64,000 nt of DNA from Lineus longissimus (lineage: Eukaryota). The stretch covers positions 1,922,001 through 1,986,000 of the forward strand of contig NC_088308.1 of assembly GCF_910592395.1 (NCBI RefSeq). Direction: 5' to 3'. The stretch's first letter is position 1. Each line of letters begins with the position of its first letter. This document shows positions 24,401 to 36,200 of the stretch, piece by piece. The position numbers and the translations under genes were made by a program. Under the pieces are notes generated by a model. It was not told the origin of the DNA and did no database searches. It was given only the letters and a program-made list of their open reading frames with translations.

Positions 24401-24817
24401 ATAGGCATAGGCCCTTTGGCTTTACCAGGTACGCCGGGACCACCTAGGGTCGGACCAACAAACCATCTTTACAATATAGATCCTCAAGGTAAATGACGCC
24501 AGACAATGCCTCGAGCTATGCATCGTGACGTGTCGGCGGCCACCTTCCCAATCCAGTGCATGAATCTATTCTATGGGCCTATAGGGCAGTAGGGACGAGG
24601 CTGAGCTGAGTGAACAACGTGTACTTACCCGCTGGGCTTTCGCAAGGAAAATCCAGAGTTGCCGCCACGTCGTGAACTTTTTAAAGTCACTGAAATTGTA
24701 AGCCATTTCAGGACTAGCATATCTAGCAACAAGTGGGGACCTGTATTTGCAGAATTCCCCCTCTACACCGGCTTCCTGCGCCTGCCGAAGACTTGCAGTC
24801 GAGCCCGTTGCCGCCAT
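15403..24817 (-). CDS. ADSL: Adenylosuccinate lyase (~496 aa, 10 coding exons)
   Basis: Exons 24817-24629, 22516-22313, 22007-21883, 21712-21494, 21117-21027, 17425-17208, 16730-16640, 16509-16420, 16107-15931, 15489-15403 (TGA). Motifs [47 protein letters not shown], and the fumarase/ASL signature [15 protein letters not shown]. Confidence 0.97.
16904..17102. mobile_element. TA-flanked MITE in an ADSL intron
   Basis: tatatgtgacccgtcacagcaaaaccaggcgcatgtcgc ... gcgacatgcgcctgattttgctgtgacgggtcacatata: ~39-bp TIRs with one mismatch. Confidence 0.8.
19951..20624 (+). CDS. Nested antisense gene in ADSL intron 5: uncharacterised 161-aa protein with Cys4 Zn-ribbon-like N-terminus and C-terminal SAM-like domain
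   Basis: Acceptor ttttttcag at 19943, ATG at 19951 in context aagATGG. Exon 19951-20182, donor GTAGGT, polypyrimidine acceptor ...cacttcag at 20370, exon 20371-20624 (TGA); phase 1 joins the two ORFs. CVKC...[11 protein letters not shown]-like [26 protein letters not shown]...[19 protein letters not shown]. Confidence 0.75.
21143..21320. mobile_element. Pogo/Tigger-like MITE family; other copies at ~53020-53285 and ~62015-62180
   Basis: Shared terminus tacag(t/c)(a/g)gaac(c/t)tctcta...aggacaccct(t)ggga(a)ctga and internal gaggtgtc motifs at all three sites. Confidence 0.6.
24115..24388. mobile_element. Inverted-repeat (MITE-like) element in ADSL intron 1
   Basis: tactgtaacgtgacgtgacg...aacgttgtttccaatcaagtgcatgaat versus attcatgca...ttaattgggaacaacgtt...cgtcacgtcacgttacagta; related fragments at ~24020-24100 and ~24500-24565. 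Confidence 0.55.
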
Positions 24818-25140
24818 GTTGCTCGTTCGTTTTCTTCCCTCGCTCCCTGACCTTTTCGCCCCCAGTCGTTTCGCTCCAAATCGAAGTCGTTTCGGTCCCT
24901 TGGACTTTTTGTAGGGGATTGAGAAAGTACCCCGGGAAATATGGCAATATTTATTACTGGGACCCAGTACAGTGCCGTTCTATCCAATATTCCTGGGGCT
25001 GTTGAAGAGGCTTCTTGTCTGACAGTGTCCATCACTGAAATTTTAGTGTACTAATTGCTCGCTATAAGCTAGGTGATTGCGCCCCTAAACCAACTGACAA
25101 CTCTTACCTCCACGGACATGACGGAACTCGAACTTTAACG
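24818..25140. promoter_or_regulatory. Probable bidirectional promoter for ADSL and ECSIT
   Basis: Head-to-head ATGs 1.13 kb apart (24817 and 25952); CpG-rich stretch next to the ADSL start; candidate ECSIT non-coding-exon donor at 25140 and acceptor at 25885. Confidence 0.5.
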
Positions 25141-25355
25141 TGAGTTAATTGTAATCTTACTCTACATACCAAGCTGATTTATCTGATTCACTGAAAACTT
25201 AAGGTATTTTGATGATTTCAATGAATCCTTCAAGTTGAACTTCAAGTCCTTTGATTTTCTTGGCGAATGTAGGCCTACCTGCAGTGGTATTTGTGTGTGA
25301 AAAACAGTTATCTATTTTCGGACGAAACTCTGTCCCTCACAAACTTTGGTCGATT
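25033..25355 (+). repeat. Second copy of the segment at 10597-10950
   Basis: Colinear high similarity, with small indels, to 10597-10950. Confidence 0.85.
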
Positions 25356-25951
25356 TCGGAGAGAACATCTCATCTCGTTAAGCCAATTGTTCTGGTGTTT
25401 CTTTCATCATGCCTACCACGACTCGGAGGGGGGGGAGGAGGCGAGGCAAGGCGAATTCTGGACCTGGTGGTCACGACTCGCGTCACACCATGGAGTAGGT
25501 CCATGGTCACACCGACACTGGCGACAGTGAGAGTGACTGTTACTGATTGACTGTGAGTGTGTAATAAATAAATGTCACAGCTAGACAAGCTCACTTTCGG
25601 TCAATTTATATCCAAATGTCATTGTATTAATTCAGTGATTTGTCTGATTTGTAGCATGCTGCATGATGAGCCATATCGGACTGCTCAATATGTCGTGCCT
25701 GTTGGGATGGTGAGCCGACACTGGTAGTGCTGTGTCTAAACACTATGATCCGGGATCGCAGCCAGAGAGTTATTTTTCATAATGTAAATCACTGAATGCA
25801 TATTTAGGCCTACTAACTTAACTTAGCCTAGATCAACTATCGAGATTTAAATCAATTAATTAACTACATGTACATCTTTTTTCAGATTTAAACTAAAGAT
25901 GCAGTGAGCAACTGAGTAGCGAATATCGACTCCATAACTATAAAACATAAC

Positions 25952-28171
25952 ATGGCAAGAATAGCAAGGGTAACAAGATTATTGCTTGTTAGCAAAATTG
26001 TATCTCCAACATGTGCTGTCACGAGGCATGCAGCTCCTTCTGCTAACTTTCAAACGTCTGTATGGGGCCGACCTAGTTTGAAGGATAGGTTGAGGGAGAA
26101 AGAAAAAGACCAAAAGACACTTCAAATAAAACAAGATACTTTCTTTGATGAACAAAATAATAAGCTTCTTGAACAGAACAACAAAAAGGACAAGAAAATG
26201 TTTGAACAAGCCATTGCAGTGTACCTCAAAAGGGAACGTGCTCGGCGACGTGGGCATGTGGAATTCATTTATGCTGCTATGAAAAGAATGAAAGAGTTTG
26301 GCGTTGAGAGAGACATTCAGACATATAAAAAGTTGATGGATGTGTTTCCGAAGGCAAAGATGGTCGCCCAGAATTCTATCCAGGTTGAGTTCATGCATTA
26401 TCCACGACAACAGCAATGTTGTATCGACATGTTACAACAGATGGAAGATTATGGTAAGAACGAGATAACATCGGCTGCATTAGCTTGTGTTGTTTCAGTA
26501 TTAACTGCAGAGTTGCACCAACCACAAATTTGCGAGGGAGTATTATAAAGTTATTGATCAAATGACAGTGTCTAAACACTATTGTATGAGTTATATGACA
26601 GGTTAAGATTTATACTTCATTATAAAGTTTTACTGTTCTGACCGTATGCATATTGTTTCGTTCAGTTCCAAGTATTACTACAAAGCAAATTGATCAAGCT
26701 GATGCCACGCTATCAGTCTAGAAAACCGCATTATCATCTCTCATATTGTATGATATCTCTTCCAGGGGTGGTGCCTGATGATGAAATGGGCTACCAAGTA
26801 TATTACACGTTTGGTAAAGACACACATGCCATGCGGAAGTACCAGAGAATGATGTATTGGATGCCTAAGTTCAAGAATATCAACCCTTGGCCAATCCCAA
26901 AGTTGCTACCAAAGGACCCAACTGAACTAGCAAAGATTGCCTTGAAAAGGATGGCAGTTGATATGGAAAATCAACTTGCTACATTTTGGGTATGTTGTCC
27001 ATGTAGTTTTCATCCTTCGTTGCAGGGTCTTGTCACACACTCCAAAGATAAAAATGGCTTTAGACAGTATTGCTGACACTGACAAGCAACTGAGGCTGAT
27101 AAAGTTTTTGAATTCGACTGCATATCTGATCTCTGTGGTTTGAAATCTGCTGATTAAGACATAAGAAGTCAAAATAGGAAAAGGCAGAATGTCTTCAACC
27201 AGAGATTACTCTTACTGTAGTCTTTATCACTGTGGCAGCTTTTATAGGTATTTGCTTTTCTCTCTGTTTCAGTCTGAAACTCTTCTTGAAGCATTTGATA
27301 AGACATGGATAGTAAGTGCTCAGAGTCCAACACAGAGGGGTCTTCTAGCCAAACATAACTCAGAGAATCCAATCTATGTTGAAGGTGGTTATCATGTATG
27401 GACAAGGTACAAGAGTCTGACCTACTTCTGTCTGAGGGCGGATCCTGAACCTGACCGACTGGCAGAAGCAAAACAGTTTGTAAAGGAGGAAAGAGAAAAA
27501 GATAGTGGTGAGTATTCTTTGGTCGAATTTTAAGAAATGTGCTAATTTCTGTAAAGCTTAAAGTTAACGTTGGTTTTGAAAAGTGAAGAGAGTGGTCTCA
27601 CTTTCACAGGGCTTCAGCTAGTCCAAGGGCCTTATGATTGAGGAGTTCCTTGGTGTAAGTAATGCAAGAACACATGATTTAGTCGAAACAAGGCATTGTC
27701 TCAATAGTTGTGACATTGGCAAAGGATTGGCTACTGCTGTAGTGTGGCCAGATTGTGACTTGAACTTGCCATTGAGATTACTAATCTTTGTAAACTATTC
27801 TTTGGCCTGTATCGGAGTCAAAAATCTTTTTGTAGACATCCTGTACATCCTTTTCTACTTCTACCATTTCAGGCTTTTTTGATGCAGACAAATGGAAGAT
27901 GTTTTTCGAGGATGAAGAGCTACCTAACCTAGTGATGAAAGCGCCCACCGCTCACGAACAGGAGGATGGTACATATCTGGCTATGTGTATAACCGGCACT
28001 GCTAGTAAAGACTCACTTCAGTCCTGGATAAAATTTCTTCAGGCTACGAACCCTAACCTTATTGATACACCTGTGGTGTTTAAAATGCAGACTCCTGAAT
28101 CGGGCATCCGGCCAGTTGAAGAGGACAGCAAGGCTGACACTTCAGTTCAAATGCCTGGGCAAAACGTTTGA
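25952..28171 (+). CDS. ECSIT: ECSIT (evolutionarily conserved signalling intermediate in Toll pathway; complex I assembly factor), ~419 aa
   Basis: Exons 25952-26453, 26766-26989, 27273-27507, 27873-28171. Motifs RRGHVEFIYAAM..M.EFGVERD...Y..L.DVFPK, MHYPRQQQC, MMYWMPKFKNINPWP, SAQSPTQ, YVEG, HEQEDGT; basic mitochondrial-presequence-like N-terminus; AATAAA at 28345. Confidence 0.95.
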
Positions 28172-28923
28172 TTATTCGTTACGTGGTATATGGACAGCCC
28201 AGTGAAAATGGGTTCAATGATCATGAACCATTTGTGAAGCCATTGTTTGCCAGTGTTTCTGTATGAAGTGCAGCTCTGTGTGAACAAGGCCTGAGGGTTT
28301 TGTTGGGAATGTTGTCTTTAATTAATGAAAATGTAAATATAATGAATAAACAACAATGAAAATAACATACATGTAGGCGTTCTTTTTGTTTTGACAGTTT
28401 GTTGAAAGTTCTAAGATGTGTTCATCTATTGTACATAAGTAGAAAAGAAAGATTACATGATGATTGTCTTTGGTATCAATCTAGTAGTGGAGGTGATTTG
28501 GATGCAATGGTATCTACGTATTGGGCATCTCTGCTGGCAGTGGTGTCCCGCATGTGTTCTCAATCTTAATTCATCCCTCCATGATGAAGGAAATGTGAAG
28601 GCCTCGATGGGGGTAATCTTTAACATCTCAACACACCAATTTTCGAAGATGTCCTTCAAGATAGAAGTGGCTGATTGTGACTTGATTTTGATTGTGTGTC
28701 TTCTTGAAAGACAGGCTTTGAGTTCAAAAGACCTCCGACAAAGGCCATCTTACTCCTTTTTACATACCCACAAAAGATTTGTTGGGACAACTTCTATACA
28801 TGTAGCTGGCATATGAGATGAGTGAAATCTTCAACAGCAGGTCTCCTTGTCAATGATGATTCCCAATCGGTCTCTTACAAAAGAGCAAAGATCCCAATAC
28901 AATCTCCAGGAGTTTAAAACACA

Positions 28924-29293
28924 GGGCGTTGTTGGATCACAATACAACAATCATCATATTGGGCGTTGTTGGATCCCGATGCAACAACCATCATATTGGG
29001 CGTTGTTGGATCCCAATACAACAATCATCATATTGGGCGTTGTTGGATCCCAATACAACAATCATCATATTGGGCGTTGTTGGATCCCGATGCAACAACC
29101 ATCATATTGGGCGTTGTTGGATCCCAATACAACAATCATCATATTGGGCGTTGTTGGATCCCAATACAACAATCATCATATTGGGCGTTGTTGGATCCCA
29201 ATACAACAATCATCATATTGGGCGTTGTTGGATCCCAATACAACAATCATCATATTGGGCGTTGTTGGATCCCGATGCAACAACCATCATATT
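28924..29293 (+). repeat. 37-bp minisatellite (10 units)
   Basis: Unit gggcgttgttggatcccaatacaacaatcatcatatt at 28924, 28961, ...; variant cccgatgcaacaacc recurs. Confidence 0.95.
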
Positions 29294-30269
29294 GTCAACT
29301 TGATCCACTACATGTAGTAGTAGTGATTCCTGAGCCAGTAGGCTAAAGTGCTCCACTGATGAGCAACAGTCCTCCGCAAACATGGCAAATGAGCAATCAA
29401 CAGCATCTATCGCCCTACGTAGACCAAATAATGACATAAATTCTTTAAACTTCAATAATTTATTGTTAACTTGACGTCACATTATGTTCATGCACATTCA
29501 CTGTAATCTAAACATTTGTTTTGTTTAATCATTATGGTCACGTACTATTTGTATGATTTATCATAAGTTTGACCTCTTAACAGCAGGATGATGTTATGGC
29601 AACCTCTAATAAATTAGAGGGCAATTCATAAAGCACCTGAAAGAAGCCGTTTTCGAAGCCTGTAGCCATTTTTCGAAATCCTCAAACCTCTCCATTGACA
29701 GCAATAGCTGTGATTTTTGCATACTAAATAACAACACATAGGTAAGTAGAAAATGTTGTAGAATGTTGTAAACAACACTTTGCATACAGGCTTCATAAAC
29801 GACTCCCATCAAAAACACCAATTGTGGAAATATGCCACAGCACTCAGTCTCTTTTGGCCCCAGAACCAATCCTAGGAGATGAAAATACAAGACACAATAT
29901 ACATTTGCTTAAAAAAAGACATGCCCCCGCCCCCACAACAAGTTGTTTTTGTGATGAGATCAGCAAAAAGAATATTGTTGCAGTGAAATGAAAGTGTCAT
30001 CAAGAATCAAGTTGTAGCTACTGATGTGCTGGTAATTGTGTCTACAAAACATGGCAATATGTTTGTATCAGTTTGACCACTGCTAACATGTTAACAAGTA
30101 CAACTGAAAAATAACCCAACTTGAAAGCTAATCACCAGCGTCAAATTCTTTGATAAACAATCCCAAATGTCCATTGAATCCATGAAGAACTATGTAAGTC
30201 CACTCCAACATCAAATAGTTCCTTTGAATTGCAACACTTTTTGGTCGTCGTAAGGATTTCAGTCATTCC

Positions 30270-33200
30270 TCATAACAAACTGAATGAAAGGGAGGGAGAA
30301 TGTGTACCGGCCACAGCAAATAGGAGAGACAAGTCACTGGTATCACAACTGAAATTGAAGAAAGAAGGTTCATCACAATACAGAATATCAGACGATTAGA
30401 AATAGACTGTATGCTAGTGTGGTGGCAGCTACGCCGGCACAGTAAACCTGCTGTGAACGTATCGCCCTCACTTCAGGGTCGGGGCAATATCAGTAACGCA
30501 GACCAATGAAGATGTTCATCACCATGGCTGATGACTCATGATCTGCGAGGCAAGCAAAACTTTATTTCCTTCCAACTGATCGGTGCCGATCCTTACCCAA
30601 TGACTGTAGCCAGCTCCGTCACATCACCGACTTTCCTGTGCCTCATATACTCAGACAGCATACGACTCTTGAAGTAGATCTCCTGTAATCTGTCTTCCAA
30701 GTGCATCAGGCACTAAAAAAGAAAAGGTGGTGAAATGAAGGAAGTGATGCAAGTACTGCTCAAAATGATAAGCCGTAAGATGTACATGTGTACAGTACAT
30801 TGTAGCAAATTTCCTTCCACATCTACATGTACATGTATAGAAACGCTCCAAAGTGTCTTATGATAAGTGGACAGGGCTTTTAGACTTGGGTCCCTAAGCT
30901 CTTTACTGAGAGCAAGTTACCGTACATGCATCTCTAAGTTTCAAGGAATCAAGTTCACAGAATTCTGATGTGCTCATTGCCACATCAACCCTTGATGGGT
31001 AAAGGTAGTTACATGTAAAATGTAATGGACAATCAACAAGTCTCAAACAAGCATACAATGTCTCTGCTAAAATGCAGATTCGGCTATGAGTTTGAGCCTA
31101 TCAACATACAAATGGCAAAAAGTGAGATCTACTTACAAAATCTGGTGACATCTTCAGCTTCCACATGTCATGAACTGATTCTATTAGGTTAGCTACGAGT
31201 TGGGATGGCCCATTGATGGTCATTCCTGGAGCCTTGTCAGTTGATGGCCCAACCTGACTTGATATCAGCTTTACTTCCCTGAAGAAAGGAATGGGTGAAG
31301 AGATGATGGAATCTGTCACTGAAGTGATAACTTGCAAAAGCAGCTGAAAGCAGTTTTGAAGAAAACTGAGACAACTGTGGTTGGCAGTATTATGGATCTG
31401 AATACCAAATCGTTTTATTGTAAATCTGCAAAATTCTCTAGAAACTCATGAAGATTGAACAATAAGGACATACCATTTATCTGCATCAGCCACAATGCAA
31501 ACAGCTTCATTAACCGGTTCATCTAGGACAGTTGTCTGGGCGGCAAGCTCGAGGTCACCAATCAGCTTTGAAGTGTAATCCACATCTGAGGTACCATGAA
31601 GGACGAAATCAGAAAGGTAGCACTTGGAGTAACCTGCCAGTAGGGATCGTCCAAAGTTACGTTCAAATGCTTTGACGTTACTCTCCAGGACATCGTCTTC
31701 ACTCCTAAAATATCAATGTTATCGTTTTTGAGATTATTTTTGACTGCTAGTGAGACTGTATACAATGCATGAACAGAAAAGCATGCAAATAAGGTCTCAA
31801 TAAAGAAATGGAAGATTTTCAGTTCTGATGTACTGCTACATGTAGCTAACTAATACTGTTGGTATACTGTTGAAATGAAATGTTGTCAATGTGCTTTTAA
31901 AATGGTCTTTCAACACATTACACTTTCCACTTTCTTCACATCTATACTTTGGTAGCCTTTTCTAGTCTTTAAAACCTATTTTATGCAACCAAGATATCAA
32001 TCAAAAGATTTTAAAATCTGAATTGTCTTGATCAATAACTTATGAATTTACTGGTGTCATCGCAGCAAAATAACTGGCGTCCCAAAATGTCTGGTTTTAT
32101 CATATCACACAAACTCTATGTTATCCTCACCTTGGCATTGGCATTTCCTTTAGATTCAGGAATGGATCAAACGCATCGGAATCAGCAGCACTATTAGATG
32201 ACGCATGGCGGCGCCGACCAAGTTCTGTTGGCGTGACAGACCGGGTTCGGCCCGGAGTGTTGGTCCGGCTCGTCTGACGTGTGATTGAAGGTTTATCACC
32301 GCTATTATTCCTACTGCGACTCCGGACAGGTTTTGGCGGTGAACCACATATCTCTGATCCCCGCTCAACATCGTCACTTTTCTCCGACTGGGTGGGGCTG
32401 AAGCAAGATGCAGTGCGAGATGGGGTTGGACTAGAAGATGCACAGAAACTAACTGGACTCATAGGAACACTTGTTGATGTCTGACTCATAGGAACACTTG
32501 TTAATGTCAGACTCATTGGAGTATCTGCAACTGCTGCTGCCTCAGCTGCCCGCTGCTTTAATATTTCAGCAATGTTCATTGTAGGTTTATCATTTGCATG
32601 AAGCGTTTTCACTGTCTTTATACTTTCATTTAAAAATTGTGAATTTGGTTTTACAGGGACTGGCGTTTCCTCAATATCCAAGCTGTCTTCTCCTCGTTGG
32701 TATGAATCATACAGGGAATCTGCTTGATCACTACAGGGATGTGTTGGATATGAGTTCAGACTATTGTACGTGCCACTGCTGTACTGAGAGTCAGTCATAC
32801 TTTGAAAGGCCTCGGGTAGAAAATTATCACTTCTCTGCATATCGTCTCGGGCTTCACTGCTTATAATCCCATGAAATTTTCCATCTTTATCACAAATCAT
32901 GCCGACTTCGGTGTGTCCATCAAAAAGATCGTCCAATTCATTTGTAACCACTTCATCCTTTGATGGCAGTCGCATATACCTCTTTGTCGGGCTGTCACTC
33001 TCAACCAGGTCTTTACTGGTAACCGTGGCCAGCGCAGTGACATTGTCTGTTTTCAAGAAAACTGGGTTATCCCTTCGAACATGGCGAGTATCTTCAACCT
33101 GATGTGGCAACATACATAAAGGTGACAGTTTACATCTCCCAATGTCCCCCTCAGAACTTTCCAAATCCACAGTGAGATCACTTTTGGTTGTGCTACACAA

Positions 33201-36200
33201 TGTGTCATCACTGTCATAGTTCCTAGGAGACGGCGAGTTATCACAGATAGAAATAGTCACATTTTGATTTGCCTGATATGTAGAAGTGAAATCTTCGGTC
33301 CTTTCTCTGTCTAATTCACTAAAGGCACTGGCAGTAGTCTTGGATTTTGAACACACTGACTCGGCATCAATTCTCTTAGAAGAGTTCATAGAATCCGAGT
33401 GGCATGGCAGGGCAGTATCTGAAACACTTAACCCAAGCATACCTGCAGCACCACCCAAATCAGACTCATCCCGTACATCACACTTTGAAACGAAATCCGT
33501 AACTAAATCACGTTGTTTCTGCTCGTCTATGGAGGATACGCTATGTTTTGGTGACATCTCCGGAGTGCGATCCTCCTTGATAGGCAGCATATCACCAAAC
33601 ACATTCCGGTCCATACTCCTATCAAGAAAATCCAACTCATCATCTCGAATTTCCTCCAAAGACTCAATATTTTCATAAACCTCACTGCACCGTATGAAGT
33701 AACTCAAAATATATAGCAGTTTACAAATGAGATCTTGTTTTTTTCCGACGACCATTGTCCGACAGATTTTAGGAGGGAATCCGATTGCACCGTACAAGTC
33801 ACTGAGTTGGGCCCAGAGGGGGTTATAAGGATGTGATTTGGTGAGTGTGTCCAGCTGAAATAAGTAAAAAGACTCACAGTAAGATACTATCACTCAGTGA
33901 TGGTATTGCAGAAACAAGTGTTCCTGGACAGCTACGTCATGAGAAACTCAAGACTTTTCGACCTTTAATCTCAAATCTTTTAAAAAGTTCTTATTCAAAT
34001 AAAATGTTATAATCGTTGAGGGGATCTTACCCACTTAGCCGAGTGTTTATCGAGGTATGTCCTTGAAGGGATAGCACCAGCAGGGGTGACAGTTGGGATC
34101 CAGGCCAGGTGGTATGTCAACACTGCCGTCACAAGAGTACTGATGAAACTGAAACATGAACATGAACAAATGCATCCATCAAATAACAAGAACTTACACA
34201 GATCTAGGCACCTCACATAGGTCCCCTCCCTAGGTGTACCATGGCTGGTGCATATGTAGAAGACTACCAAGTGAAAGGTACAAGCACTCATCATAGTTGG
34301 ATCCTCTAGGTTACATATATTGCTAGTGTTACATGTAGCCTGATTTCAAGGCTATATGAACTGAATTTGTCACAGCACTTATGGTCATACTTACAAGTTT
34401 GTAGCCTTTGTTTCGTATTTTTCTACGCTTCCAATGAACTCTTTCATGAATTGATGACACACAGTTTGCCGGTGGAGGCTATAGGACATCATATTCAACC
34501 AGACTGGTTCAGTCAGTCTAGGGGCAGTGTACAAGTCATAGATCTCATCTCGGAAACGGTCAAGACTCTGGAGAAAGCAGAACAGATTTCAAAACATATT
34601 GGATTAAGTCAAAAAACAATATGCATAGTCTTTAGAGAAAGTCCTCTTGAGACGGCAGTAAGATCCACCAACGGATGGAAGCAAAATGCAGACAAAGCTC
34701 TACAACAGTGAAACCTAATCATAACTGATTTATTTAAAAAATCGGATGTATGTTCCTTGCTGAGAGGTGGTCTTCAGTTTGAGGCTGGATTTGCTTGGAG
34801 AGGTGGTTGACCTCGACTCGGAGAGGTGTCAGATACTAAGAGAGATTGCAGCTGATTCCACACGGTGATCACACCAGCACTACATACCTCCATGATGATA
34901 TGAACGAAATCTCGCTTGTTGATGAAGGCTTTTTCAACATTTATTCGCAGCTTCTGAACATGGGCTTCAAACAGCGTGATGTGAGAGAAGAAAAAGTTCT
35001 GGAAGTGACTGGAATGAGAATGATATATTCAAGAATAAGAATAGCAGCCAACTATTTGAAAACGGCAGGTTCTGGTCAGACATATTTACTCAGAAAAAAA
35101 TTACAAATATTCAAGTGGGTTTAAGCGCAACTGAATTTACATTTGAAATATTAATGACCAAAGGGTCATACTTGAAATGAATATTGACAGACAGGATGAT
35201 AAATTATATAATTTTCAATCTTATTGGCAAAACTCTTGATATGGTGTTTGATTTGCACTCAATCTGAAGGACCACCTTTATCAAGAAAAGTCATGTGAAC
35301 GAGAACAATGTGTCATTAAATTGTGAATGAATAATAAACACTTATGACAATCTCAAGATTCAAGAGTCATGTGATCAGATAACTCGATTCTGTTTTTACA
35401 CAATCTGCATGCACATGATTGATCACATTCACTCAGATATACATTGGATCCACAGGTCAGCATTTAGTTCACGCAATTACCACGTGGTGAAAAAAGAGCA
35501 AATAGGTCAATGCCACCATAAATTAACCAACCAACCAAAGAGATGTGGACTATGATTCACATAAGAGTTTTATTTCAAATGCGGTCACTGGTCATTGCAA
35601 GGCAAAAGCCGATGAACTCAAACAAAGGTTTTCAATGATGTAGGCCTAGGCTACTGATTCCAAGTTGCTAGCCCAGGCCAAGTCCTTGACAAGGTGGTAA
35701 TCACCGTGTCAAAGTACATGTAATGGATCCCAGACCAATTCAGCTCAGTCAACCATAGTCACCTGACAGCATAGTGCCACTAACATTTATGCAATTCGAA
35801 GATGATTTAAGATACTAGCACTGGCAATGCAAATACAATTTTGGGTGGGAATTTACCAACATTTTGGAACTTTTTTACGAGTACTTTCAGATGTGAAAGT
35901 ATATTTCATTTGTCAAGGTTGTCATGCAACTTACCCATTTCTCTCCTCTTCCTTCTCTCCAAACATGGCAATCACAATTCCCATACCAATCTTAGACTGT
36001 CTCTTGCATCCTATTCCTGGAGTGGGCTACAAGAAAGAAGATACTTGTCAGTATTAATGTTGCTTTTGTAAAACCTACCATAGAACAGCCCACAGGATGT
36101 ATTACAAAGTACAGATGGCAGGACGTACATTGTTCTTGAACAGGACTTTTGCCTGAAATGTTTTGCAAAACAGAAGGCACTGACTAGCTTGACTGAGACA

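Noticed and set aside
11343..28171. cGLR + ECSIT as an innate-immunity cluster
   Set aside because: The Mab-21 protein looks MiD-like with a degenerate catalytic triad, and there is no STING, TIR or other immune effector gene in the window.
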